This document shows positions 19,786-30,335 of a DNA stretch of 64,000 bases, piece by piece. Both the position numbers and the translations under genes were made by a program. A model generated the notes under the pieces. That model had not been told where the DNA came from and ran no database searches. It was given only the letters and a program-made list of their open reading frames with translations. Position 1 is the stretch's first letter. Each line of letters opens with the position of its first letter. Origin of the DNA: Gemmatimonadaceae bacterium (GTDB taxonomy: Bacteria > Gemmatimonadota > Gemmatimonadetes > Gemmatimonadales > Gemmatimonadaceae); assembly GCA_044224185.1 (NCBI GenBank), contig JBGAKW010000015.1, forward strand, positions 55,603 to 119,602, written 5' to 3'.

Positions 19786-21081
19786 TCAGCGGCGCTTTCG
19801 CATCATCGCACCAAGCTCCAGCGTCATCACCGGACGCAACGCCACACGAGCAAGCAGCGCACCAATCGACAACGACAAGGCAACCATCAACATCTGAAAC
19901 CCTGTCTGCACCGCCTTGTCCACATTGTTCGAGACTAACGATCCGAAACTCAAAAAGCCAATCGTCCCGGGCACGAGGAGTACCGTCGCCGGCTGCTGCA
20001 AGACGGCATATGGCAACCGCAGACTCTTGGCGACAAGCGAACTCACCGCCATCGCCGTAAAGGACCCGACAAATGCACCAGCCGTCGAACCAAGCCACTT
20101 ACCGCCCCCGAACGCCGCCAATGACGTCACGACGCAAATCAACACGATCCACATCGCGTCGCGGCGACGCGCCACGAACAGCTCCGTCATCGCAAGCCCC
20201 GCCGCCACCGGTGACAAAATGCGGATCCACGTCGGCACCGAAACCACGTTCGGCAGCACCAGCGGCGGTGCCCCCCGAGTCTCGACAAGCTGCTGCCCAA
20301 CCACTACTCCAACGACCAAAAGCAGCAGCGTCACCACCGCGGACAAGAATCTCCCGCTCCCGGCCGTCCAATGCCCCTGCGCCAATTCCGCCATCGACAC
20401 CGTGAGGCGCCAACCAGGAAAGAGAATCACGAGTGATGCCACCAACGCCGGAACCGGACGCACCTGAGACCAACCGAACGAATCGGCGCCGAATGCGGCC
20501 GACGACCCCACCGCCGCCAGCAACACAATCGCCAACGGCATCAGCTGCTGTCGTCCACCCACCAGATGCAAAACACCGCCCACCAGCGCGCCTAACGCCG
20601 ACACCATCGCCAATTCGCGCGCTTGCGCGTGCAGCAGAAGCGCCGCCGAGGCGCTCAATAACGCGCTCGCCAGAATCGTCCGCCAGGGCGATGAGGCGTG
20701 CTGCCACGCCAGGAGCTGCACCAGCCTCTCCGACGCGTCAAGCGGCGTGATCTCGTCATTGCCAACCCTCTCCAGCAATCGATGCAACGCCACCGCCCGC
20801 GTAAAGTCGGGCGACGACACGCGCACGCGAATCACTTCGGTCCAGCGCCTGTCCCCGCGCGCAACGGTCAGAAAAATCGCCGTCGCCGTCGCCGTGCAAT
20901 CCGCCGAAAAGCCAAGGCCGCGTGCCAGTAACTCGATCGCCTCTTCGATGCGCGCCGGCATCTCGTCGACGACGGCGTAAGCCCTCGCAGCGAGAGAAAT
21001 AAAGCGAACGACGTCCTCGTCAGTCGTCGGCTCCAACCTCGGCGGCGCCTCATAAAGCGCAGTGAGCGAGGAAACGGTCAT
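19786..21081 (-). CDS. ThrE-type threonine/serine exporter family membrane protein
   Basis: Soluble-like N-terminal part followed by about 10 TM helices in two blocks, typical of DUF1212+DUF3815 (ThrE) architecture. Confidence 0.7.
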   Translation of the reverse strand: MTVSSLTALYEAPPRLEPTTDEDVVRFISLAARAYAVVDEMPARIEEAIELLARGLGFSADCTATATAIFLTVARGDRRWTEVIRVRVSSPDFTRAVALHRLLERVGNDEITPLDASERLVQLLAWQHASSPWRTILASALLSASAALLLHAQARELAMVSALGALVGGVLHLVGGRQQLMPLAIVLLAAVGSSAAFGADSFGWSQVRPVPALVASLVILFPGWRLTVSMAELAQGHWTAGSGRFLSAVVTLLLLVVGVVVGQQLVETRGAPPLVLPNVVSVPTWIRILSPVAAGLAMTELFVARRRDAMWIVLICVVTSLAAFGGGKWLGSTAGAFVGSFTAMAVSSLVAKSLRLPYAVLQQPATVLLVPGTIGFLSFGSLVSNNVDKAVQTGFQMLMVALSLSIGALLARVALRPVMTLELGAMMRKRR

Positions 21082-21134
21082 GCAGCGTGCATCTCCCTTG
21101 TTTTACGCATCCACCTCCAACATATACCGTCCCC

Positions 21135-22061
21135 ATGCTCCCGATCGACCTTACAGGACGCCGAGCCCTCGTCGCTGGCGTCGCCGACGATGGCGGCTTC
21201 GGCTTTGCCATCGCGAAAGCCTTCGCTGAAGCAGGTGCCTCAGTATGTGTGGCGACCTGGCCGCCGGCGCTCACCATCTTCAAGAATCTGCTCGAACGCG
21301 GAAAGCTCGACACCTCGCGCGTTCTGGCGAACGGTCAGCGCTTTGAGTTCGAGCGGATTTACCCCCTCGACGCCGCCTTCGACACCCTCGAAGATGCGCC
21401 GCACGACGTGCGCGAGAGCAAGCGCTATCGGGAGACGGGAGATTTCTCCATCGACGGGCTCGCGACGGCGATGCGCAATGACTTTGGCGAACCGGCGTTC
21501 GACATTCTGGTGCACTCGCTCGCTAACGGCCCGGAGGTCAAGAAACCGCTCCTCGAGGTGTCGCGCGCCGGCTATCTCTCCGCAGTTTCGGTCTCGGCGT
21601 ACTCGCTTATCGGGTTGTTGCAGCGGCTGGGTCCACTCATGCGCCGTGGCGGATCGGTGCTCTCGCTCACCTACATGGCGAGTGAACGCGTCGTTCCCGG
21701 CTACGGCGGCGGGATGTCCTCCGCGAAGGCGGCGTTGGAGAGCGACACGCGCACTCTCGCCTTCGAGAGCGGACGTCAGTGGGGAATCCGCGTCAACACA
21801 ATCTCCGCCGGTCCCTACGCATCGCGCGCCGCGAGCGCGATTGGGATCATCGAACGCATGGTGCAATACTGCACCATCAACACCCCGCTGCCGGAAGAAC
21901 TGTCGGCTGAGGAGGTCGGGCACGCAGCCGCCTTCTTGTCGTCTCCGCTCGCCAGCGGAATCACCGGAAGCACAGTTTACGTCGACAAGGGATACCACGC
22001 GATGGGGATGGCTGTGGCCGTCCCCGACTGGATGGCTGCCGGCGAGACCGCGCGTCGTTAG
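21135..22061 (+). CDS. fabI: Enoyl-[acyl-carrier-protein] reductase (NADH), long FabI type
   Basis: [20 protein letters not shown] dinucleotide-binding region and the [14 protein letters not shown] catalytic Tyr/Lys segment. The ORF is trimmed to the ATG at 21135. Confidence 0.8.
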   Translation: MLPIDLTGRRALVAGVADDGGFGFAIAKAFAEAGASVCVATWPPALTIFKNLLERGKLDTSRVLANGQRFEFERIYPLDAAFDTLEDAPHDVRESKRYRETGDFSIDGLATAMRNDFGEPAFDILVHSLANGPEVKKPLLEVSRAGYLSAVSVSAYSLIGLLQRLGPLMRRGGSVLSLTYMASERVVPGYGGGMSSAKAALESDTRTLAFESGRQWGIRVNTISAGPYASRAASAIGIIERMVQYCTINTPLPEELSAEEVGHAAAFLSSPLASGITGSTVYVDKGYHAMGMAVAVPDWMAAGETARR

Positions 22062-22087
22062 GCGCTGCAACGATAATTGCGAAGCGA

Positions 22088-22117
22088 AGAGGCCCCGCGA
22101 TCGCTCCCGGGGCCTCT
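22088..22117. terminator. Perfect 10-bp GC-rich hairpin between the convergent fabI and TonB-like genes
   Basis: agaggccccg - cgatcgctcc - cggggcctct is read directly. Confidence 0.5.
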
Positions 22118-22147
22118 CGCTCGTCTGTCGTTAGGCTCTCCGAGCGC

Positions 22148-23323
22148 TCAGCGGCGGCGCACGAGGTTGGAGTCGGGAATGAAGTTGAACGGCTGATGCA
22201 CCACCTGCTGCACCGCCTTCCCGTCCTTCCGCGCCGGGATGTACTGCTGATCCTTGACCGCTCGACGCACGGCCTCCGTCAGCTCGCGATGCGTTGTCGT
22301 CACAACACTGAACGTGTCCATGATGACCTCACCACCCTGCGTCACCACGAACTCGGCGACCACGTTTCCCGGAATGCCATAGCGCAGCAGCGAATCGGGG
22401 TAAATGGGACGGACAATCGACGACGAATCCACTCGCGCCGCCTGATCGACTTGATCGGCAGTGAAAACCGAATGTTGCTCCACCAGCCGCGCAATCATCG
22501 CTGCCGGCGTGAGGTCTGTGGGCTTTTTCTTTTTAGGGCGAAGCTCGCCTTGCCGGCTCCACAGAATCACCGTACCACACGAGGACGAGATATTGCGGTC
22601 GCCCTGAAACTCGGCCGGAACGCCGGCCGGGCCGCTGTAGACCTCAACTCCCTCAAGCGATCGTGGATCGATCGAGTCGAGGTCGAACTCACCGGCGTAG
22701 AGCGGCGTTCCATCGAGCCAGGTAAGCGGGGCACAACGTGCTCCGCGGAATCGGATCTGCGACCGGAAACCGCGCGACTCGACGCGCGCTCCCGGAATCA
22801 TTCGGAACATGTCGGTGGTGTTGACCGGGTTCCGCTTCTCGATTTCGCTGCGCGTGATAAAGTGTCCCGCCCCTCGAAGCTGCCGGTCGTAGAAGCCGGC
22901 CATCCGCCCGGTCAGGTTGCGCCGTCCGACGATGACTACTGGGCGGAGATCGATGGCCAGCCGGGCGACGACGATATCCACGCTCACGCTCTGACCGGCG
23001 AGGATGTTCACCTTGACGGAATCCGGGCGAAAGCCGAGTCGCCTAACGTGGATCGTCATTGGTCCGGCGGTCGCCTTCGCGAGAATGAATCGCCCCGACT
23101 CATCGCTCTCGCCGACGAGCGGCGCACCGACGACGCCAATCTGCGCTCCCTCGACCGGGATGCCTAACGAATCCTTGACGGTCCCGTTGACTCCGCCCGT
23201 TCCGACCGCGCCTTCCTGCGCGCCGAGCGACGCGGCGGCCGCCAGTTGAAGCATGGCTACGCCCACCAGCGCGCGCGTCGCGGCGCTCACGCGCCCGACA
23301 CTCCTGACCTGTTTCTGGATCAC
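22148..23323 (-). CDS. Secreted carboxypeptidase-regulatory-like / plug-like protein with TonB C-terminal domain
   Basis: Signal peptide, CarboxypepD_reg-like GTVKDSLGIPVEGAQIGV...GRFIL, and C-terminal TonB-like GNVVAEFVVTQGGEV...ARKDGKAV. Confidence 0.65.
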   Translation of the reverse strand: MIQKQVRSVGRVSAATRALVGVAMLQLAAAASLGAQEGAVGTGGVNGTVKDSLGIPVEGAQIGVVGAPLVGESDESGRFILAKATAGPMTIHVRRLGFRPDSVKVNILAGQSVSVDIVVARLAIDLRPVVIVGRRNLTGRMAGFYDRQLRGAGHFITRSEIEKRNPVNTTDMFRMIPGARVESRGFRSQIRFRGARCAPLTWLDGTPLYAGEFDLDSIDPRSLEGVEVYSGPAGVPAEFQGDRNISSSCGTVILWSRQGELRPKKKKPTDLTPAAMIARLVEQHSVFTADQVDQAARVDSSSIVRPIYPDSLLRYGIPGNVVAEFVVTQGGEVIMDTFSVVTTTHRELTEAVRRAVKDQQYIPARKDGKAVQQVVHQPFNFIPDSNLVRRR

Positions 23324-23789
23324 ATGTCCTCCCGCGCCTGCGGGTCAGCCAAGCCTCGGGGGTGCGAGCACTCGAGCAGTGGGTCTATCCTACCCCGTTC
23401 GGTCGAATTTCGCACCACCCGCCGAACACTTCCGCTCCATTCGGCAACGACGTGGGACAAAACGTCCGTAGATGTGATTCATCCGTGCACGTCGTTGAAA
23501 ATGCGTTGATGAGCGCTGGCGACACCTTGGGTGGGGACAGACCGCGAAAAGCGCAGGGTCGCTAGCGTCACTTTGCTGCCAAATTCACTCCACTCTCCTT
23601 TCCCGACAGGTGACGAGACCGCAATTTTATGGTCGCCCCGACACAGCGCTTCACCGGCCGCACCGCCGGTCTCTCCCCCGCCACCACCGACGGCGCCGCA
23701 TCCGCCGGTGCCACAGCATGTCGTAGCTAGCACGGCCTTAACTTTGCTCGTGCAATCCGAGATGTCCCTTCGCGTGCCTCCATTCGATC

Positions 23790-26747
23790 GTGGCTGACGA
23801 GAAAATCTGTCCCCAGTGTGGCCGCTCGTATGGCGCCAATGACCGCTTTTGCACGGTCGATGGCGCTACGCTGGTGAACGCTGGGAACTCTGGTTCTCTC
23901 ATCGGCACGGTGTTGGCCGAGCGCTATCTGGTGAGCGAGCGCTTGGGCGAAGGGGGAATGGGCGAGGTCTACTTGGCTGAACACGTGCGCATGAAGCGCA
24001 AAGTGGCGGTCAAGATTATGCGTCGATGGATGGCGGGCGACCCGGTCGCGGTGTCGCGCTTTCATCGCGAGGCGGAAAACGCCTCACAGATCACGCATCC
24101 CAACGTCGCGCAGGTCTATGACTTCGGCGAGACATCGGATGGGACGATCTACCTCGCAATGGAGTTCGTTCCTGGCGAACCGCTTTCGAAGATTCTCGAG
24201 CGTGAGGGAAAGCTTCACGCGGTGCGCTCGCAGGAGATCGTCAGGCAGACGGCCGACGCGCTCGTGGCGGCGCACGGGATGGGCATCCTGCATCGCGACC
24301 TAAAGCCTGACAACGTCATGGTCGCGCGGTCGCGCGCTGGCACCGACATCGTCAAGCTCGTGGACTTCGGCATTGCACGCGTCATGACGCGCGGGACGCA
24401 GCAGTTCACCTCGACGGGAATGATCGTTGGTACGCCCGAGTACATGTCGCCGGAACAACTCGCCAACGACAATCTCGACGAACGCTCCGACCTGTACGCG
24501 TTAGGCCTCATCGCGTTCCGGACGCTCACCGGCCACGGCGCGTTTCCCGACGGGACAACGGGCGACGCACTCCTCGCCCGCCTAACAAATCGCGCCCGAA
24601 AGCTTGCCGACGTGGCGCCTGACGTCGCCTGGCCAGAGTCCTTGCAGGCGGCGTTCGACAAAGTACTGGCTGCCGACCCGACCGAGCGGTTCGCCGATGC
24701 CCTGGAGTTCGCCGCTGAACTCGACGGAGCGGTGTCGCAGATGCCGCTCTCCGATGAGGAGCAGGCGTATCTCGTCGCGCTGACGCAACGGTCGGCGACG
24801 CCGGTGCGCCTCGGCACGATCGATGGTGTCACGCCATCGATTGCGATGAAGGCGGCAAACCTGAACACTCCTGCCGTTCCGCGGCCGTCAGTTGCACTTC
24901 GCACGCCGCCGAGTGAGCAGCTCCCAGCGCTCACAGGTGATACGGCGCCGTTCAAACCCCCCGCGCCCCCGACCTCGTTCGGAAGTGGCGACACCGGCGA
25001 GAGAGAACCGCCGATCATGTCGCTGCCGGAGAGTGCAGAACAGGAGCCTCCGCATGCGGCGAGTCCGGAGACGGCGGAGCCAACGCCTCCGCGCAAGCCA
25101 ACGCCGACCGTTGAGCGTCCCGCCATCATCATCGAACTCCCCCCCGAATCGGGAGAATACGCGACGCCGGGGCCTGCGTTTGACGAAGTCGGAACGACGA
25201 CTCCGTCGGTGGCGATGCCGGCATACACCGAGCCGTCAGCCGCAACACGCACGCCACCGATCGATGCGACGGCGGCTGCCGACGCCGGGCTGCCAAAGCG
25301 CAAGAGCGGGTCGAACAAGAAGTTGATGATCGCCGGCGGCGTGTTCGGCATCGCCATCATTGCGGCGCTCGCGATGAACATGAGTGGCGGCAGCGCGCCC
25401 ACCACGACTGCGCCGACGGCAGTAGCGCCGACAACGACACCGACTGACAAACCAACCGCAGCAGACAGCATCGCTGCGCCGTCAGCAGCAACAGCACCAG
25501 CGACTGACTCCGCTGCTGGCGCCGGTGGCCCTGCGGCTGACTCACAGCGTGTGGCGCGCGTGCGAAACGCGGTGCTGGTCGCACAGTCGGCCAATGGGAC
25601 GTCGAGCGCGCTCCTGGTGGATGGCCAGGGACTCCTCGTCACCGCGGCGAGTGCGGTGCCGCGCGATCGCCGCGTCGATCTGTTCGTTGACGGCGATCAG
25701 AAGGTGAAGGCGACGGTCGTGAAAGTTGATGATGCGAGCGGAATTGCCGTGCTGCTCGCCTCTGTTGGGCCATGCAAGCGATGCCGTGCTGTGGATGTGG
25801 CGCCGGACGATGCTACCCCGACCATCGCAGCGAAGGACTCCGTGGTGATCCTCGCTGCCAGCCGTCGGGGCGTACAGTCGCTCGTGCGCGAGGTGCAATC
25901 CGCGCCAGGCGCGTCGAGCAACTCCGTCGCCATGAGCGGGACGATTCCGAGTGCGAACATCGGCGCTCCCGTCATCGCGCCGCACACGGGAGCAGTCGCC
26001 GGACTCGTGGTACGACGTGGCGGGTCCGTGAGCGTTGCCTCGGCGGCAACCGTCGCCGCGGTGGTCAAGAGCGCGCGCAGCGCTGCCGCCTCCATGACGC
26101 CTAACGATTCGCTCTTCTGGTCTTGGCCTACGAGACCGGTGCCACAGGACGCGATCGATGCGGGCGGAAAATTATCCGACTCCGCCATCGCGCCGTACAA
26201 GGTGACGAAGGACGGCTTCACAGTCTTCGCGGTGACGCCGCCTGTGCTTGCGTGGCGCTATGTGAAATCGGGAGCCGCCGCGGCCGACGCAGCCAACCCG
26301 TTTGTTATTCCGGGAGCCGCAACGCCCAAACCCGCCGATCCTGCGGCCGAGTGGAAGCAGTGGGGGCGTTACCTCTCCGAGCGGCGCGCAGTTGTCATCT
26401 TCGACATCTCGCCCGAACAGGCGTCGTTCCCCGAGGTTCCGAAAAAGCTTCTCGACCCCAAGGACGGCGACTTCTTCTCCATGGAGCTCAAGCGCGACGG
26501 CACGACGCTGATCCCGATCGAGAGCCAGCGCGTTGCCTCGGTTGTGAAGCAGGACGAGTATGGCCGGAAGAATCGGCGTGTGCCTAACGCGGGACTCTAC
26601 GTCTATCACCCCATGGACTTCGCGTCGACGACGGCGAAGTACACCATGGAGATTGCCGATCAGTCGGGACGGCGCGTGAGCGTGGCGCTACCGGCGGCGA
26701 TGATCGAGGGAATTGCGAAGGACTTGGGGGGGTGGCAGAAGCGTTAG
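23790..26747 (+). CDS. Ser/Thr protein kinase with N-terminal zinc-ribbon, Pro/Ala/Thr-rich linker, TM helix and large extracytoplasmic domain
   Basis: CPQCGRSYGANDRFC, HRDLKPDNVM, DFGIAR, GTPEYMSPEQ. TM LMIAGGVFGIAIIAALAM. Confidence 0.85.
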   Translation: MADEKICPQCGRSYGANDRFCTVDGATLVNAGNSGSLIGTVLAERYLVSERLGEGGMGEVYLAEHVRMKRKVAVKIMRRWMAGDPVAVSRFHREAENASQITHPNVAQVYDFGETSDGTIYLAMEFVPGEPLSKILEREGKLHAVRSQEIVRQTADALVAAHGMGILHRDLKPDNVMVARSRAGTDIVKLVDFGIARVMTRGTQQFTSTGMIVGTPEYMSPEQLANDNLDERSDLYALGLIAFRTLTGHGAFPDGTTGDALLARLTNRARKLADVAPDVAWPESLQAAFDKVLAADPTERFADALEFAAELDGAVSQMPLSDEEQAYLVALTQRSATPVRLGTIDGVTPSIAMKAANLNTPAVPRPSVALRTPPSEQLPALTGDTAPFKPPAPPTSFGSGDTGEREPPIMSLPESAEQEPPHAASPETAEPTPPRKPTPTVERPAIIIELPPESGEYATPGPAFDEVGTTTPSVAMPAYTEPSAATRTPPIDATAAADAGLPKRKSGSNKKLMIAGGVFGIAIIAALAMNMSGGSAPTTTAPTAVAPTTTPTDKPTAADSIAAPSAATAPATDSAAGAGGPAADSQRVARVRNAVLVAQSANGTSSALLVDGQGLLVTAASAVPRDRRVDLFVDGDQKVKATVVKVDDASGIAVLLASVGPCKRCRAVDVAPDDATPTIAAKDSVVILAASRRGVQSLVREVQSAPGASSNSVAMSGTIPSANIGAPVIAPHTGAVAGLVVRRGGSVSVASAATVAAVVKSARSAAASMTPNDSLFWSWPTRPVPQDAIDAGGKLSDSAIAPYKVTKDGFTVFAVTPPVLAWRYVKSGAAAADAANPFVIPGAATPKPADPAAEWKQWGRYLSERRAVVIFDISPEQASFPEVPKKLLDPKDGDFFSMELKRDGTTLIPIESQRVASVVKQDEYGRKNRRVPNAGLYVYHPMDFASTTAKYTMEIADQSGRRVSVALPAAMIEGIAKDLGGWQKR

Positions 26748-27928
26748 GCGTCCGCCAACCGCTCCGACGCCACCCGCGCGCACTCCGCCAGCACCGCCGC
26801 TCCCACAAAAATCGCTTCCTCCGCCGCAAAGAAACGCGGCGAATGCGCGGCGGTGCGCTCTCCGCCAGGCTCCCGCGCCCCAAAACGCAGAAAGCAGCCA
26901 GGGATGCGCTCCATGTAGAACGCGAAGTCCTCGCCCCCCATGTTGGTGATGCCAAAGGGGACGACGGCGTCGCTGCCTAACGTCGCGACGGTTGCCTCGC
27001 GCGCCCATGACGCTTGCACCGCGGGATTCACGATCGGCGGCGTTCCGAGTTCGATACGCACGTCCGCATGCACTCCATGCGCCGAGGCGATGCCACTTGC
27101 GATGTGGCTCACGTCGTCGCAGAGACGCTTCCGCGTGACGGGATCCATCGCGCGGAGTGTCCCGGTGAGCGTCGCCTTCTCGGGTATGACGTTGTTGGCC
27201 ACACCCGCGTGAATGCTCCCGACAGTACACACCGCGGGTGCCGCGGGGTCGATGTGGCGCGAGACGATGGTCTGGAGCGCGGTCACGATCGCCGCCGCCG
27301 CCACAATAGGATCGGCGGATTCGTGCGGACGTGCGCCATGAGCGCCGCGCCCTATCACTTCTATGGTGAACGAATCGGCACTCGCGGCGAGTGCCCCCGC
27401 TTCGGCGATCACTTCACCAACGGCGAAACGGCGATCGACGTGACCGCCGAAAATCGCGGCCACGTTATCCAAGGCACCACTCGCGAGAATGGCGGGAGCG
27501 CCAGCGCCGACTTCTTCCGCCGGTTGCAACACCACGAGCACATCGCCGCGCGCCGGGCGCCTAACGAGATCCATCGCTGCGCCAACGGCCCACGTCGCGT
27601 GTACGTCGTGCCCGCAGGCGTGCATGACGCCGTCCACAGTCGAGGCGTACGGAAGCCCCGTCGCCTCGTGAATGGGAAGCGCATCGATATCACCCCGCAC
27701 GGCCACCAGTGGCGCGTTGGGATCGCGCCCGCGGAAACGCGCAACCACGCCGGTGCCCGCCACGCGCAGCACATCCACAGCGCCTAACGACCGCACCGCC
27801 TCTTCGAGCCGGGCCGCCGTGCGATGTTCCTTCCACGACAGCTCGGGATGTGCATGCAGCTCGCGGCGCAACGCCACGAGCTGCTCGACTTCACTGGCCG
27901 GAAATTTCGCGACCGCGGGATGCGCCAT
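26744..27928 (-). CDS. M20-family amidohydrolase (N-acyl-L-amino acid amidohydrolase / desuccinylase-like)
   Basis: LRRELHAHPELSWKE, MHACGHDVH, and GGEDFAFY are typical of the M20D aminoacylase/hippuricase group. Confidence 0.85.
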   Translation of the reverse strand: MAHPAVAKFPASEVEQLVALRRELHAHPELSWKEHRTAARLEEAVRSLGAVDVLRVAGTGVVARFRGRDPNAPLVAVRGDIDALPIHEATGLPYASTVDGVMHACGHDVHATWAVGAAMDLVRRPARGDVLVVLQPAEEVGAGAPAILASGALDNVAAIFGGHVDRRFAVGEVIAEAGALAASADSFTIEVIGRGAHGARPHESADPIVAAAAIVTALQTIVSRHIDPAAPAVCTVGSIHAGVANNVIPEKATLTGTLRAMDPVTRKRLCDDVSHIASGIASAHGVHADVRIELGTPPIVNPAVQASWAREATVATLGSDAVVPFGITNMGGEDFAFYMERIPGCFLRFGAREPGGERTAAHSPRFFAAEEAIFVGAAVLAECARVASERLADA

Positions 27929-27946
27929 GGCGACGTCGCCTAACGA

Positions 27947-29065
27947 TCAGCTCAGGACTTCGGTGCGCGCGGTCAGTGCGTGAATCCGCTCGACGTCGAT
28001 GTCGACGCCAAGTCCCGGGCGTTCGAGCGGAACCTTGACCATCCCTTCGGACGTCATCGTCCACTCGGGGTGCACGACGTCGCGAGCCCAGTAACGCGCA
28101 CTCGGACTCACATCCCCCGGCTTTGTGAAGTTCGGGAGCGACGCGAGCGCCACGTTGTACGCGCGCCCCACACCGCTCTCCAACATCCCGCCGCACCACA
28201 CGGGAATCCCATTCGCCTCACAGTAGTCGTGAATGGCGATGGATGACGCAAATCCCCCGACGCGCCCCGGCTTGATGTTGATAATGCGCCCACTCCCGAG
28301 CGTCACCATGTCCTGCGCGCGCTCGAGCGACGTGATCGACTCGTCGAGACAGATGGGAGTCTTCATTCGCTTCTGGAGCGATGCGTGGCGCACGATGTCG
28401 TCCCAGGCGAGCGGCTGCTCGATCATCATCAGGTTGAGATCGTCCATCGCAAGCAACGCGTCGACGTCATCAAGGACGTACGCATTGTTGGCATCAGCCA
28501 TGAGTGGCGCATCGGGAAAGGCTTTCCGTGCTGCCCGCACGAAGTCGATGTCTTTTCCCGGTTTGATCTTGATCTTGACCTTCTTGTAACCCTCGCCAAG
28601 CGCCTTGCCGACTTTCTCCACCAGCTTCTCGGGAGCGCTCTGGATGCCCAGCGAGATTCCCACGGGAATCTCCGTGCGCGTTCCACCAATGAGGCGTGAG
28701 AGCGGGAGACCAACGCGTTCGGCCTCGAGTCCCCACATTCCCATCTCCACCGCTGCTTTCGCCATTTGGTGTCCGCGGAAGTCTTTCTCCAACTCTGCGT
28801 ACACCGCGCCGGGACCATCGAAGTCGCGATGCAACACGCGCGGCGCCACCCACTTCGTGATCGCCGTCCACGCCGTCTCGATCGTCTCCGACGTGTAGTT
28901 CGGCGTGTCATCGGCGACACACTCCGACCAGGTCGACGCCCCAGATGCGTCGTGCAGTTCGAGGAGGGCGATACGCCGTTCGGTCATTGTCCCCGAGGAG
29001 ATCTGAAACGGCTCGACGAGGGGGAGGCGGATTTCGCGGAGCGTGAGGCGGGAAAGTCGAAGCAT
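27947..29065 (-). CDS. Enolase-superfamily o-succinylbenzoate synthase / N-acyl(succinyl)amino acid racemase
   Basis: KKVKIKIKPG (KxK), metal-ligand acidic residues, and the second catalytic Lys in INIKPGRVGG. Confidence 0.85.
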   Translation of the reverse strand: MLRLSRLTLREIRLPLVEPFQISSGTMTERRIALLELHDASGASTWSECVADDTPNYTSETIETAWTAITKWVAPRVLHRDFDGPGAVYAELEKDFRGHQMAKAAVEMGMWGLEAERVGLPLSRLIGGTRTEIPVGISLGIQSAPEKLVEKVGKALGEGYKKVKIKIKPGKDIDFVRAARKAFPDAPLMADANNAYVLDDVDALLAMDDLNLMMIEQPLAWDDIVRHASLQKRMKTPICLDESITSLERAQDMVTLGSGRIINIKPGRVGGFASSIAIHDYCEANGIPVWCGGMLESGVGRAYNVALASLPNFTKPGDVSPSARYWARDVVHPEWTMTSEGMVKVPLERPGLGVDIDVERIHALTARTEVLS

Positions 29066-29100
29066 GGGTCGGTGAGAGAGACTAAAGAGTCAAAGAAGAA

Positions 29101-30054
29101 TCAGTGTGACGCTTCGACGACGTAGTACGGATTGCCGCTCTCCACGTCGCGCACGAAGCGCGTGACGGCGGCTCCGCGACTAAAGAGAGTTTGCATCGCC
29201 TCACGCACGGTGAGACGCCAGCGCATGCGGGCATCGCTCGATGAAATCGCGACGTCGTTCATCTCGCGCGGAATCTGGACGCGCGCCCGCCGCACATCGC
29301 CGCCCAAGGCAAGCGTCGGGAGTTGGTCGCGGTCCAATGGGTTGATGATCGGAATCTCAGCGTCGCCCCTGGCGGGGCGGTCGGCACCGACGATCGGCGA
29401 AAATTCCTTATCGAGCTTCCACCCGACGACAAAACGATCGGTGGGAACGGTACCGTGCAGCGTGCTCCCCGTGTTGTCGCCGTACATGTTGGGGATGTAC
29501 TCGACCGGGCGAGCTCCGAGACGATTGATGTTGAAGTGCGCATTGCGTGATACGAGCGGGTCGCACGTCCACAACATCAGGTCGACGCCGAGCTCGCGTA
29601 CACGTTGCCGCTGGTAGTGCTTGAGGCGATCGCCGATGTGATGCCCGCGCGCTTCCTCGCGCACCGCAAGCATGTCCGACCAGTGCGCCGGTCGACCCTC
29701 GCGAATCCCGGTCATTCCAAAAACGAACCCGATCATGCGTCCGTGCGCATCGAAGGCGCCGGCGGTGACGCCGCCAATCTTCTGCGAGACGCGCAGAATG
29801 GCCGCCGGGACGCGCTCGGAGAATCCCTTCCCCCAGGTTTCTTCCTGGAGGAGGCAACACTCCGTGTATTCCTCGAGTGTTTCGAGATCACGGATGGTGA
29901 TGCCGTCGATGTGGTCGTTCAGATGACCACCGGAGTGGGCGTGCGGATGCGTGTTTGCGTCAACGTGCGCCGTTGCCTGATTCGCCGAATGCTGCGTGTC
30001 GCCCACGGGAGACTGGGAAGAGTCGTGCGTGCAATCGATTGAGAGCCGGAGCAC
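29101..30054 (-). CDS. GNAT-family acyltransferase-like protein
   Basis: Acyl-CoA-binding-like RGHHIGDRL segment. Sits directly upstream of, and co-oriented with, the racemase gene. The start is uncertain because the His-rich N-terminal extension may not be translated. Confidence 0.55.
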   Translation of the reverse strand: MLRLSIDCTHDSSQSPVGDTQHSANQATAHVDANTHPHAHSGGHLNDHIDGITIRDLETLEEYTECCLLQEETWGKGFSERVPAAILRVSQKIGGVTAGAFDAHGRMIGFVFGMTGIREGRPAHWSDMLAVREEARGHHIGDRLKHYQRQRVRELGVDLMLWTCDPLVSRNAHFNINRLGARPVEYIPNMYGDNTGSTLHGTVPTDRFVVGWKLDKEFSPIVGADRPARGDAEIPIINPLDRDQLPTLALGGDVRRARVQIPREMNDVAISSSDARMRWRLTVREAMQTLFSRGAAVTRFVRDVESGNPYYVVEASH

Positions 30055-30099
30055 TCTTGCGTGTGCTCCCAGCGCTCAATAGATAATGGGTGTCGCACA

Positions 30100-30115
30100 A
30101 AATTGTATACAATTT
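30100..30115. promoter_or_regulatory. Perfect 16-bp palindrome AAATTGTATACAATTT, candidate GntR-family operator in the divergent GNAT/gntR promoter region
   Basis: Read directly. It fits the GntR/FadR-type GT-Nx-AC palindrome. Confidence 0.6.
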
Positions 30116-30335
30116 CACCGCGAATCATGCGGGGAATGAAGCACATGCGCAAGTGCGGTCAGCTCGCCGCCTCGTCCCTCCGGCACGAAAAGGCCACCGC
30201 ATAAAACGGTCGCCGGAACGCTGGCGCCGTGCACCGGCCAGGAGTCGTCGACGTCACGAGATTGCCCGTAGTCGCTTGCGCAATCCACAACACGCTACAC
30301 TGTTCGCGTCCAACTTCTCACGGAGAGCGTAGCTA

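Noticed and set aside
23324-23789. 466-bp intergenic region with small ORFs (23479..23733 minus, 23531..23797 plus) between the TonB-like gene and the kinase
   Set aside because: The translations are Gly- or Pro-rich low-complexity sequences without start signals. I found no convincing RNA structure or repeat, so it is left as a divergent promoter region.
24215-25642. 475-aa ORF antisense to the Ser/Thr kinase gene
   Set aside because: Its Ala/Ser/Gly-rich low-complexity sequence mirrors the Pro/Ala/Thr linker of the kinase on the other strand. No start context or domain signature.
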